64,000 nt of DNA from Eledone cirrhosa. Taxonomy: Eukaryota. Positions 13,011 through 24,926 of this stretch are shown here, one piece after another. The stretch is from contig OZ024743.1 in the NCBI GenBank assembly GCA_964016885.1, positions 152,830,001 through 152,894,000 of the forward strand. Direction: 5' to 3'. The position numbers and the translations under genes are program-made. Within the stretch, counting starts at the first letter, position 1; the number at the start of each line of letters is the position of its first letter. The notes below the pieces were generated by a model. It did no database searches. It saw nothing but the letters and a program-made list of their open reading frames with translations, and was not told where the DNA came from.

Positions 13011-13565
13011 TATATTATTAAACTTATGTAATAAGTCTGCTTCAAATGGTAAGAAAATGCTACATGCAGAAGTGGAAATGCACAATCTAAGCTACATGTG
13101 GGATATAAAGCCATTATTAGTACCGAAATTGTGTTGAAGATAATTATACTATAATATTCTATCTCTGTAATTTGTATATAGCACTGTTTCTTTATCTGTT
13201 CTACAGAATCATTCAACACTACACACACACACATATATATACATGTACACAGACACACACACACAAATATACACATACACACACATATTTAAAAAGTGCT
13301 TAATTTATACCTGCAAAATAAGTGACAGAACTGAGTGACAGAGTAAGAAGTGACAGAACTGAGTGAGAATATATCAAACCATGTATCTTCAGTATATGGG
13401 TATATACACAGGTGTCAAGTTTAAACCATTTCAAGAATTGTTGAATGGTTTAAGCTTGACTGTCAAACGGATGTGTATTGAAAAATATCTCCACTCTATA
13501 TATTTAAAGCATTGAGCAGTCATTTCAATATTGTTCTTCCTTGTCTCTTGACAAGTGACAAGTAA

Positions 13566-13649
<84 letters not shown>

Positions 13650-13749
13650 CACACACACGCACACACACACACACAGACACAGACACACACGCACACATAT
13701 ATATACGCCTAAGGTGTATTTTGAACCTTAAATCACAGCCATATACACT

Positions 13750-14462
13750 TGACACTATTGTCTGCAGCAAGCCAATACATCCATCATATAAAATCTGCTG
13801 ATCAGAAACCAACTGCATTGGGTAGGATATTTAAGATGGATGGGAGATGAGAGTTTGCCTAAGCGAATATGACATGGAGAGTTAACACATGGTAAACACC
13901 CCAGACACAAACCCAAGAAGTGTTTCAGGGATGTTGCCAAAGGCAACCTGAAAACTCTTGGTATTAGTGTTGAGGATTCGCAAGATGAGGCAGAAAGTAG
14001 ATCTGGTTAGAGAAGTCTAGTTTATGATGGTTGTGATCGTTTTGATGTCAAAAGAATGGAAAATTCAGTGTTTAAAAGAGCACTCTGAGGATATCTAGTC
14101 AGAACATGCCTGGAACATTGCAAACATTGCAAAAATATTGTTTCTCATGCTGGGCTTGCTAGTCATTTAAGAGCTCACCGAAATCAGCAGGCTGGGGCCA
14201 ATTATGTTGGTCTCTTCCCTGAAAGCCTGTTGGGTATTCATGTCAATTTTATGACAAAGCTTGTAGATTTGCTGCTTGACTCAAGCAGCACATGAGAGTG
14301 CATATGGTGCAAGTTATGTTCAGGACTATCTGGGAGCCTCATGTGTGTCACATCTGTAAAAAGGTATGCTGGAACGAGGCAGGTTTGTATGCCTTTTGTG
14401 GGCTCATGGCTGTTCAGCACAATGTTGAAGAGATGGCTCTCTCCTGTTAGGAAGTGTCAGTT
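13750..14462 (+). mobile_element. RTE (BovB-like) 3' fragment with C2H2-like knuckles
   Basis: QLHWVGYLRWMGDESLPKRI*HGELTHGKHPRHKPKKCFRD followed by C..C...LASHLRAH-like motifs. Confidence 0.7.
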
Positions 14463-14694
14463 ATCATATATATATATATATATATTCATTTAAGTTTGCT
14501 GATTCACCACTGAATAGAACTGGTCATTCTGTATAGCCAACCATGATGTAATATTAGGAAAAGCTCTTAACGTTATGCAACTCATCAAGTCTTAGATGTT
14601 GAATCTTGGTGGTGTGAAAATGGAGTTAATTATTATTGAGTAAAATGACAGGGGGCTGGACTGGTGAAATTCCTTCAAAGATTTATTTCAGCAA

Positions 14695-14752
14695 ACACTA
14701 TGTATGTTTCAGTGGCCAGGGTACATAGAATCCTGGTGACATCATCAGGTGT
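14695..14752 (-). ncRNA. Type-I hammerhead ribozyme (left arm, stem III degenerate)
   Basis: acac CTGATGA t gtcaccagg...cctggccac t GAAA cataca TA gtgt. Confidence 0.6.
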
Positions 14753-15116
14753 ATATTGCATAATAATTATATAATAAAGGAATAATTTTAGAACATTAGA
14801 TTGACCCCCAACAGAATATATATCTCTGTAAACTGTTCTCCTTTACCACTAGCATGTATCCAAATAGCAGTGAATGGTAAGGTGGTAATAATAAACATAC
14901 TAAGCATACATGCCCCTGACCAAACTGGTAAGACAAAATTGATGAGAATTCCCACTTGAAGTCAATCAGCCAAACTGACAACAACTGGCCCTCTTGATCA
15001 CCTTCGAGTCAAACATTTTTTTTATGTTTTCTTATCTGCTTTCTCTCCTTATAGCCTCTTGGATTGTGTTTACCATTATTCCTTTATTTATTCCATTATT
15101 CCTTATTATACAATAT

Positions 15117-15174
15117 ACACCTGATGATGTCACTAGGATCCTACATAACCTGGCCACTGAAATGTACATAGTGT
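15117..15174 (+). ncRNA. Type-I hammerhead ribozyme (right arm)
   Basis: Stem I acac/gtgt; CTGATGA at 15121; GAAA at 15159; palindromic stem III TGTACA; AUA cleavage triplet. Confidence 0.72.
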
Positions 15175-15261
15175 TTGCTGAAATAAATCTTTGAAGGAAT
15201 TTCACCAGTTCGGCCTCTTGTCAATAATATATGATGATGATGATGATGATGATGATATATA

Positions 15262-16372
15262 TCTAATTCGATATGTGTATTTCCACATTCACTCGAATTG
15301 TTTTCGCGGATATAGGGGTCATCTCCCTTGTCTAATGCCATGTGCGTTTTTCACCGCTAGTTGACTCCTCTGCCGCCAGGAAAAAACTCGTTGATAACGT
15401 AAACTCCGTTCCACTTACTCTAGTAGGCTTTTATATTTATATGTGAGCTGATAGAGTACAGTCTAAGGATTTACAGAAACCCATGAAGCTAGATTTAACA
15501 CCTTTCTAGTGGGTCCGGGTATGATTTTACATTCATTTAAATTATTGACGTATTGTTTTATTGATATTTTTTATCTGTTTGGCCCGAATCTTCCTTTATC
15601 GATTTTAAATCGTATGGTTGATTGTAGACTTGTTCTATATGTGACGGTATTTTAACGATAGTTATAGCTCTGATTCATCTGAATTATTGAGCCCTCTGCC
15701 GCTCATATCGAATTTCGTTTATCGTGAACTCGTGCGCCGATTTTTCGATACTCGATCTTTCTAATATATTTAGCTCTGGACATAGCTATCCACCAGTTAA
15801 TTTTATTGCTCATTTTTTGTCGATTCTATTGAGTGATGAATAGCTTTTGTTTTATTTTAACATGTCTATTGAGCACTCTAATTCGATATGTGTATTTCCA
15901 CATTCACTCGAATTGTTTTCGCGGATATAGGGGTCATCTCCCTTGTCTAATGCCATGTGCGTTTTTCACCGCTAGTTGACTCCTCTGCCGCCAGGAAAAA
16001 ACTCGTTGATAACGTAAACTCCGTTCCACTTACTCTAGTAGGCTTTTATATTTATATGTGAGCTGATAGAGTACAGTCTAAGGATTTACAGAAACCCATG
16101 AAGCTAGATTTAACACCTTTCTAGTGGGTCCGGGTATGATTTTACATTCATTTAAATTATTGACGTATTGTTTTATTGATATTTTTTATCTGTTTGGCCC
16201 GAATCTTCCTTTATCGATTTTAAATCGTATGGTTGCTTGTAGACTTGTTCTATATGTGACGGTATTTTAACGATAGTTATAGCTCTGATTCATCTGAATT
16301 ATTGAGCCCTCTGCCGCTCATATCGAATTTCGTTTATCGTGAACTCGTGCGCCGATTTTTCGATACTCGATC

Positions 16373-16380
<8 letters not shown>
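15262..16380. repeat. Partial tandem repeat, 615-nt unit, about 1.8 near-identical copies
   Basis: TCTAATTCGATATGTG starts at 15262 and 15877; the second copy runs into (TA)n at 16380. Confidence 0.92.
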
Positions 16381-16415
<35 letters not shown>

Positions 16416-16480
16416 CTTTGAAGGAATTTCACCAGTCCGGCCTCTTGTCAATAATATATGATGATGATGATGATGATGAA

Positions 16481-16509
<29 letters not shown>

Positions 16510-16511
<2 letters not shown>

Positions 16512-17370
16512 TATCATCATCATTTTACTTGCATAGATTGGATGGGTCTTTCTCAGTACACCATCTCTCCACTTGTCACATTCCATTGTCCTCTCCTTGT
16601 GTTTCAGTGATCTGAGATCAGTTCTCCTCACTTCATCTTAGTCTTCCTTGATTCCCCTCTACTGCAGCTACCTTTCACTATAGAATTATGTGGCACTTCT
16701 TTACCCACTGATCATCATCCATATGCATTATATGTTCATATCAATGCAGTCTTCTCTCATGCACACTACTTCTGATTCCTCGTATACTCAGTTTCTTGCT
16801 CAGTTCATCCATGCCTTGTCATTCTCACATGTTATCATTGTACATACATCGAAGCATGTTTGCCTCATTTTTCTCTGGCCATTGCATGTTCTTTTGTGTT
16901 CACTGCCCATGTCTCACTGCCATGCAGCATGGCACTTCACACACAGGCATCATATAGCTGTCCTTCCATTTGTAGGGAGAAACCTTAGGTTGTTAGCAGT
17001 GAAAGCAGTTTCCTATTTTTCTTCCATCCTCTCCTTTTTCTTGGAACTATGCTCTCCAAGCACCACCACCTACTTATATTACCTAGTTAGCAGAAGCTAT
17101 CAACCAATTTCTGTGTATCATTCCAGAGTTTGGACATTTATATTATTTATTTTATTATCAGCGATAAAATAAAGTACCAGTAATGCACTGAGATAATTGC
17201 TGGCCTTGTCCCAATAGTAGAAACAATTATTAGCATTCTCACTATCAATTGTTCCTGAACATCTGCATACAAAGTCTTTCTTTCCTGTTAGTCTGCCTGT
17301 TATCCTAATACAACTCTTGTGTACCCAAGACTTGCATTGTGTACATCTTTTTGTCTACTCCTTTTCTACA
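16510..17370 (-). mobile_element. Old RTE 3' fragment interrupted by a SINE 3' piece (about 17160-17232)
   Basis: Homologous to the thumb/PHD region of 6141-7000 with a (CAT)n tail; SINE tail GATAAAATAAAGTACCAG...GTAGAAACAATTATT. Confidence 0.7.
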
Positions 17371-20300
17371 TATTGATTTATATACATATATTTTATATGT
17401 ATATAAATCAGAATGTCTTTTGAAGTAAGGGAGGACATAATATGAATATTTCCAGTCAAGTGGTGTATCCTCAGTGAGTTAATGAATAATTCAAATTTTT
17501 TATATCTCTGTTTATGGTTGAAGAGCTCAGTTTGGAAATCTGTTTGTTAATGAAATGTTAATAAGCAAGTTCTCACTAAACAAACATGAGATTTCTCTAA
17601 TCTATTAGACAGAATCACTAATTACATGCTATAATCAATATCACATTATTTAAAAAACAAACAAGAAATAGACTCTGGTGGAATTGGCTTTTCAACCAAA
17701 AAATAATCAATCTAGACATATTCTTCAAATCCTATTTTGTTTTAAAAAAAAGGAAATAAAAAGAAAGAAAGAAAAATAGTAATAAAACAAGTCATAGTTG
17801 TTGATAAAAAGGTTTCTGTTTTGTTTGAATGAATTGAGAATAATGTATCCAACTGACATAAAATTTGAGCAAATGAATGAACAGTGTGTGTATTGAATAA
17901 TACTAGTTTTTCAAACATTAGAATTTAGGAGGATATATAGACCCTATAATATTTTTCAACTCTCTTTAATTAGGTGAGTTTCATCTGGTGACTATTCATT
18001 TTTGAAATATAATTGGTTAACAGATGAAAAAAAAAGAAGAAAAATTAACATAAACTACAGGAAACTTCAGGAGATTTAATTTGGCATATCAAGTTTTTTT
18101 TTTAATCCTTGTCACATTTTACTTAATTGTTTAAAAATAGTTTCACAAACCACCTGAAATGTAAAGAAAATGGGGCTGATGAAATGCTCCCTGATATTGA
18201 TCTTAAATCTAGCAACAATCACTTGTTGCCCCAGAGTTATTTCTGCCCATCTTTTGGTATATACATGGTATATATATACATGGTATATATAAAAAGGAAA
18301 TGAGCCAATTGTTAGAATAGATTAAGGAAACTGTTTCCATTGGGCTTTCCATTGATGTTATTATCTGCTATCTGCAACTCATAGCAGGTGTCACAATTTT
18401 TCTGTTTCAGGAGGTATGATATCGACTCAGAATGCACAGAGAAGAACATCATATTTGACTCTTAAACAATCCTGCCAATACACCAACCGTGGGCTGGTAA
18501 TTCATTTATTGACCTCAAAAGGATGAAAAGGAAAGTTGACCATAGTGGGATATGAACTCAGAGTGCAGAATGCCAGAAACACTGGGGCATTTAATCTCAG
18601 GCTCAAGTGATCCTGCCAATTTGCCACCATAGGTAGTATAAATAGAATTGTTATCTAATGAGTCATTTTTATCCGAAATTGGGTGGTTGGGAATTTAGAG
18701 ACATTTGACCACTTTTAGCAATTTCAATGATAGCATAGTGACACCATTACTTTTTAACAGCTACACGTTTTCTTTAAATCAATCAATCACCTTATATTAA
18801 AACATTTTATCCAGGTTATTTTCTTTCATCCTTTTACACAAGTTTTCCTTTATCAAAAGGAATAACTGAGATCTATTTCCATAAACAGCATTATAATGAT
18901 GGTCTGAGCACTAGGTTTGCAGATCAATTTGATCATTGAACAATGGAAAAGAGAATGTTAATGCAAAATTACTGTTGCAGATATAGGAAAACAATAAACA
19001 GAGCACAAGTGAAATAGAGGATGATTATAGTCAATGTCTGCTGAAGGTATGTAATTTTATTTTCCTTCATGTTCATGTTAACAGTTAATGAAATAAAATT
19101 ATAAGGAAAATTATATTTCTAGACAACAACAATGTAATAACTATAATAAAAATGTAATGAAAGTTTAATAATTGTAATAAAATTGTAATAATTCTAATAA
19201 AATAAAACCTAGACTTTCATATGTACAGGATAATGAATATTTTCTTCTCTCTGAATTGTATTTATTATTTTTATTGTTTTCATATATCTGGGACACTAAT
19301 TTTACATTAACCTTCTCCTTTTCATTGTTCTGTGACAGTAATTTTGAATTAACTTTCTCCTTTTTCATTGTTCTGTGACCAAATTGATCTGAGCCTATTT
19401 AGTTTAAGATCTCTGCAACCGTTTGCCTTCCTGTGACAGTAATTCTTCATGTCAGCTAGATTAATTAATTTTTCGAGATCAAAATCTATTCAGCTATGTG
19501 AACAGGAATTTGTATTACCCACTAGAGATGCATTGTTGCTTAGAATATCTAATAACTTTGCAAATATAAAACTCGGTATGGAGTTGTGTAATTATACTAT
19601 GAAGAATCTCCCAAAGCAACTGGTCACCTGCAGATTTAATAAAAACAGATGTCAACTCACTCTCAGACTAAATAGTTTTTCCTGTATATTATCCTCTATA
19701 GAAATACAGCTCTATAAAGCTTGACCATTTCTCATATTTTGACCTCATCTAATATTCTTTGAAACCAGGAAAGACAAATAGCTTATACAAGAAAATTAAG
19801 AAATAAAATCAAGATACTGAATATGATTTCTTTTTACTTTCATTAAAACAAACCCTAGAAGTTACAGAAAATTGGTGATTAGTCACTGTCTTCTTTTATA
19901 ATTCCATCACATCTAGGATGATTTTTAGGAATATTAAATCAACCCCATTTATTGACTAGTACTTTATTTTATTAGTTGTAGAAGTATGAATAGAATAGTT
20001 AACCTTAGTGAGACTTGAGCATAAAGAGCCATAACTAAATGCCGCAAGCATTTTTTCTGATGCTTTAATAATTCTACCATGAGAAAGGAAATGAATTTCA
20101 TATATCTTGATCATTCTGTACCATGCAGAAAAGATGAGTGATGCATGAGGATAATGATAAAGGAGATGCATGAGGATAATGATAAATTATCAGGCAAAAT
20201 GTATAGGTAGCACAAAAAATTAATCTGTTATGTACATTCAATATAAACACAATCAGTTCCAGGAAACTATACTTTCTCATTGTTGTTGTTTAGCCTGAAG

Positions 20301-21654
20301 TCAACCCTGATCAAGCAGACATGGTCAAAGACATTCTAATCATGAACAACCAGTTTTTTCAGAAGGTATATCTAAGACTATATTATGTAATCTGGATTTA
20401 ATTAAGATGGTTTAAGTAACTAAGTAGAGGCTCCCTCATTGGCTATATATTATTTGAGTAATGTCAGAAAAACCTACATCCTTGACAAATCAATTACTGG
20501 CAGCCTTTTACAGAAAAGACAATTTTCAATTTAGAAAACTACTGTATTTAAATAAGACAAAGTATAAAATAAGAAAATTTTAAATAAAATTTATTACAAA
20601 CTTTGCAAGAATGGAAAGCAAAATTTAATACTCTCCTCTTCAACTGAAAACCATTAAAATTGTTTTTCTTTTAATATGCCATCCAAAATGTAGTAATAGC
20701 ATCCATAAGGTAAGTAAATCTGATTATCATATAGATAAATGCAAGAGTAAGGTATCAAAGGTAACGATTGAAAAACAAAAACAACTAATCATGCTTCATG
20801 TGCCAGAATAAAATAGAGAACACTATTTTGAGTAGACCACAGAAAATGTTATCTAAATATATTATGAGATAGATATAAGATAAAAGCAGGCATTTCAACA
20901 CGATCCACCCAAAATATAAACACTTGTAAGCTTCTATGCTCTAATAAACATTGCACTAAATTTTTCAACTAGTTTTATCACAAGATAATATTTATCCACA
21001 AAAATTTGTCTTGCTTGCGAGTTAAAACTTCTCTAGCTCATAAGAAATCTAAGAGTTTGCAACTTGATAAAAAGAAATGCCCAAACCATCTATGTTAATG
21101 TTCTGTAGTACAGAAAATACACAATATTATATTCATGTCAACAAGGAACTCTCTATGCAGTTTCCAGACTTGCTAGAAATAGCAGTCAAATATCCTTCCA
21201 ATCTCATTTTATTGTTTTGGTAATGTAGTAATAGAAACTATACTTGATATATAAAAAAAATGTGGATGGTCACAATTGGAATGCCTTTGATCATAGGTCT
21301 ACTAGATGAGAGCTGATATGTGCCTAAACAATAAAAATGGTGACAATATCCCATTAACACTACGCAGTATTAAATCTGCCATGTTTTATGAATATTTTTT
21401 CTATATAGCAATAGCTAACTGTGTAACACCAATATCAATTGTTATTGTTTAGCAAAGCTTGAGAGGTTTAAATGCCGTATCAATAAATCTCCTTTGTCAT
21501 ATATTATCAATTTGTACCTCTGTATGTATTTAAGTAATGTTCTTTATATTTGGCATTAGTCAAAAAATTATCAAAGCTGTATAAACGTTTTGTCATTAAT
21601 GTTATTTTAATTTCAATTGAAATGTGTGTTACAATTATTATATAATTATTCAAT

Positions 21655-21823
21655 GATAGAGGGTCCGACGCCATGCTTTCCAGCATAGTTACGTCCCTTT
21701 ATGATCTGAGTTCAAATCCCGCCGAGGTTGACTTTGCCTTTCATCCTTACGGGGTCGATAAAATAAAGTACCAGTAATACACTGGGCAATTGCTGGCCTT
21801 GTGCCTAAAGTAGAAACAATTAT
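21655..21823 (+). mobile_element. tRNA-type SINE, 5'-truncated, with target-site duplication
   Basis: GAGTTCAAATCCCGCCGAGG..CTTTGCCTTTCATCC..GGGGTCGATAAAATAAAGTACCAG; TTATATAATTATTCAATGA duplicated on both sides. Confidence 0.88.
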
Positions 21824-22074
21824 ATAATTATTCAATGAAATGTATAAATATGTAATGCTTATGTTATGAAATTACTCATTATAATGTTAGATATATACTA
21901 AATCCAATATATATATATATATATATTATAAAGAGTCAGGACCCAGATGGCTGTGCTCTTGCCATTTCAACCGTCTTGCAGACTCAACCATCGGGGTTCT
22001 GACTCTACATAATATAACCATACTCTACTACCCCATGTATTGAGTACTCTGTTGAGTAATGGTCTAACCACTTT

Positions 22075-22447
22075 CAAACTGAATCCATCCTGATGGTGTC
22101 ATACAGTAATACAGAAGTCTCAACTTCCCATGGGTACAAGCCGAAGCTGAAGCATATAGACAATATGCCCCCACCTCCTCTCACTGCAAAGTGGTCGTGG
22201 AGGTGCCACGACAAAAAAAGCACCCAGCCCACACAGTAAAGTGGCCGTGTAGGATCCACGGTAAAAAAACACCCAGTACTCACTGTAAATGAGGTTGGTT
22301 TTTAGGAAGGGCATCCAGCTGTAGAAATCAAGTCAAAATCAGTTCCCATGTGAGCAAGAGAAGGTCACTCAACCTAGCATTGCCCATACCAGGACAACCC
22401 ACCTAACCCATGCTAGCGTGGAAGAATGGAAGTAAAACAGTGATTAT
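22075..22447 (+). mobile_element. RTE 3' UTR fragment
   Basis: CAGTAATACAGAAG..., AGGAAGGGCATCCAGCTGTAGAAA and CCATGCTAGCGTGGAAG tail. Confidence 0.75.
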
Positions 22448-22449
22448 GA

Positions 22450-23390
22450 GTATAGTATCAACATGATCTCTCAGTTTCTTGTCCAGAAAGTCCACAAGAT
22501 CCAGCAAGCGAGTCATCTGCACATTGTTGCCACCCTCATGACGCGTGAAGAAGAAGATGCATTGTCACTCATGCCTATCCCTAGGTCTCGTATAGATTTC
22601 GACATGGGGATTTCGATCCCTCCTGGTCTGGTGTAGCTGTCTTGTATTGCCTTTGTATTTGCAGGTTGGTATTGTAGGGCTTGAAATTTTCCAGCATTAA
22701 ACTGCATGTTGTTGTCTTTAGGCCATTTGTATATGGCATCCAGATCTTGTTGTAAAAGGGCAGCATCAGCCCGGTTTTTGTTTGCCTGTGCTACCTTTGT
22801 GTCATCAGCATAGCTCGTGAGGGATGTTGTATGTACTAAAGAGGGCATGTCTGAGAGAGCCACCAAAAACAGTAGTGGTGTCATGTCTGCCCTGGGGCAA
22901 CCCACTTGTTATCGATGTTTCCTTTGAGAAGGCCCCATTAGCTGCAATTGTCTGGCTTCAGTCTTTTAAGAAATCATGCAGCCACTCACCTATTTTTCCA
23001 GTTATGCCAAGTCTGTGTAGTTTGTGACAAATCATTCCGTGGTCGACCTGTCAAAGGCCTTTACAAAGTAAAGATATATCACGTCCACATGTGAGTTGTC
23101 CAACAGTTGTCTCAGAACCCAGTCATAGTATTGTAACAGCTGTGTAAGGCAGCTTCTTCCTGGGCAAAAACCATGCTGCATGCTAGTTCGGTGGTAATTT
23201 TCCTCGAGGAATCAGATCAGTTTCTTTCTGATGATTCGTTCCATGACCTACTGATATGTGACGTCAGGGAAACTAGCTTATAGTTTTTTGCCTCCGCTCT
23301 GTTTCCTCTTTTATGGATAGGGAATATTGTGCATTCTTTTAGCTTTCTGGGTAGTTTACCACTAGCCAAAGAACTTCTGAAGTGTTCTTG
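22450..23390 (-). mobile_element. CR1-like LINE RT fragment
   Basis: PLLFLVALSDMP...SYADDTKV...LQQDLDAIYKW..DNNMQFNAGKFQ; upstream VDVIYLYFVKAFD-like motif. Confidence 0.82.
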
Positions 23391-23968
23391 CTAATTTAGA
23401 TATATGTATATAGTTACCTATTATTTTTCTAATCCGGTTCTAGAGTAAAATTTGTCTTGGAAGCATTATTAATTTTATAAGTTGGTCCTAATCTGAAAAT
23501 ATAAATTCTAAGTCTGTTCCAACAGAACAAAGGTGGGGCTGAAATAAAATTATAGTAAAAGAAAAGCAATAAACATTTGAAATACTTGGACTAGGTACTA
23601 CTTGAGATTACATTTCCCTAGGAAGTTAAATAGAAAATACACATACACAAAGCTGAAAACTTTTATAAATATTTTCCAAAGATGCACTAGGAGCAAAGCT
23701 GTTGATATGGAAATGGAAGTTAAAACAACTAACACTTCAGTTTTAGTCGCCTTGGTTCTTAGTTCTTGCAATTGAAAATAACACCTCTGTGTCTATAGTT
23801 TGCAGATGATTGAAAAAGAAAAGAAAAAGAAAACTGAGCTAGTTTGTTTATGGTAACTGGAGGTGCCCAACCTTGATTTCAACATTCAGAGATTAAAACA
23901 ATGAAGATAATCATCAAAGACTTACTTAAGGAAGTCATTTGAAATTACTCTTTGACTTTAGTTTAAAA

Positions 23969-24001
<33 letters not shown>

Positions 24002-24045
24002 CATAAACAATAATATATACAAACACAATGAATGTATGTAAATTT

Positions 24046-24095
<50 letters not shown>

Positions 24096-24190
24096 ATATA
24101 TGAGTGTATGTTTATGTAAGGGTATTTGTAATCTGTATATATTATATATTACAATTAGTTTGTTTAAATAAATGTATAAAAAAAGTATAG

Positions 24191-24221
<31 letters not shown>

Positions 24222-24926
24222 AATACCCACGTTAAATTGCACAAAAGTACATTGAAATAACTTTTTCACAATCTGTTTTACATCTTTTTTCTTACATCCT
24301 TCCTTTCTCTCCCACATATTTTCCTGTCTCCCTTTCCCTGTTTTTTTAAAATATATATATGTACTATATGTATGTGAATTTTGTATATCTAAAGTATGTT
24401 TAATAAATAAACATTTTGAAAGCCCAGCTATGAATATTGAAAGGTTGAGGGCCAGTGCCATCTAGCAGATTCCAGAAGCAGTAAGAGACAACTCTTTATG
24501 CATATTTTGAGCTACTGGTTCTCATCGAGACAGTGCTTCCCTGCTCTCTACTGGAACTTGAAAACAGGCGAAAATATATAGTATTTTTGCCTGTGTAGAT
24601 AAGCTGTTTAACCTCATTTGTATTGTGTATGCTCTGATATGCAGATTCGTATTGGCAACATACAATTTCTGTAAAACCATTGAGCGTGTGGATATCGGTG
24701 ACCCTATAAAATATATGATTGTCTGGCTCATTATTGTTATTATAAAAATATGTGATTACATCACAGTCTGGAAACTATATGAGGTGGAGTCTTCAAACCA
24801 GCATACACAAGTATTAGTTGATCAGCACATACAACTGAGAAACAATTACTGATTGATGAAAATGAATGGACCAAATATATATAATAATAATAATAATGAT
24901 GATGATGATGATGATGATAATAATAA

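Larger units (their letters stand above)
14637..15230. repeat. Head-to-head inverted repeat (about 150-nt arms), each arm with a hammerhead, around a decayed PLE endonuclease C-terminus
   Basis: 14637-14790 is the reverse complement of about 15075-15230. The spacer translates DFKWEFSSILSYQFGQGHVCLVC, resembling LKWDILSSASAYRSGLKYCRLC at 42168-42900. Confidence 0.75.

Noticed and set aside
23228-23240. CTGATGA match inside the CR1 fragment (similar isolated matches near 5364, 18176 and 36361)
   Set aside because: No correctly placed GAAA, stem III or NUH; chance matches or (TGA)n tails.
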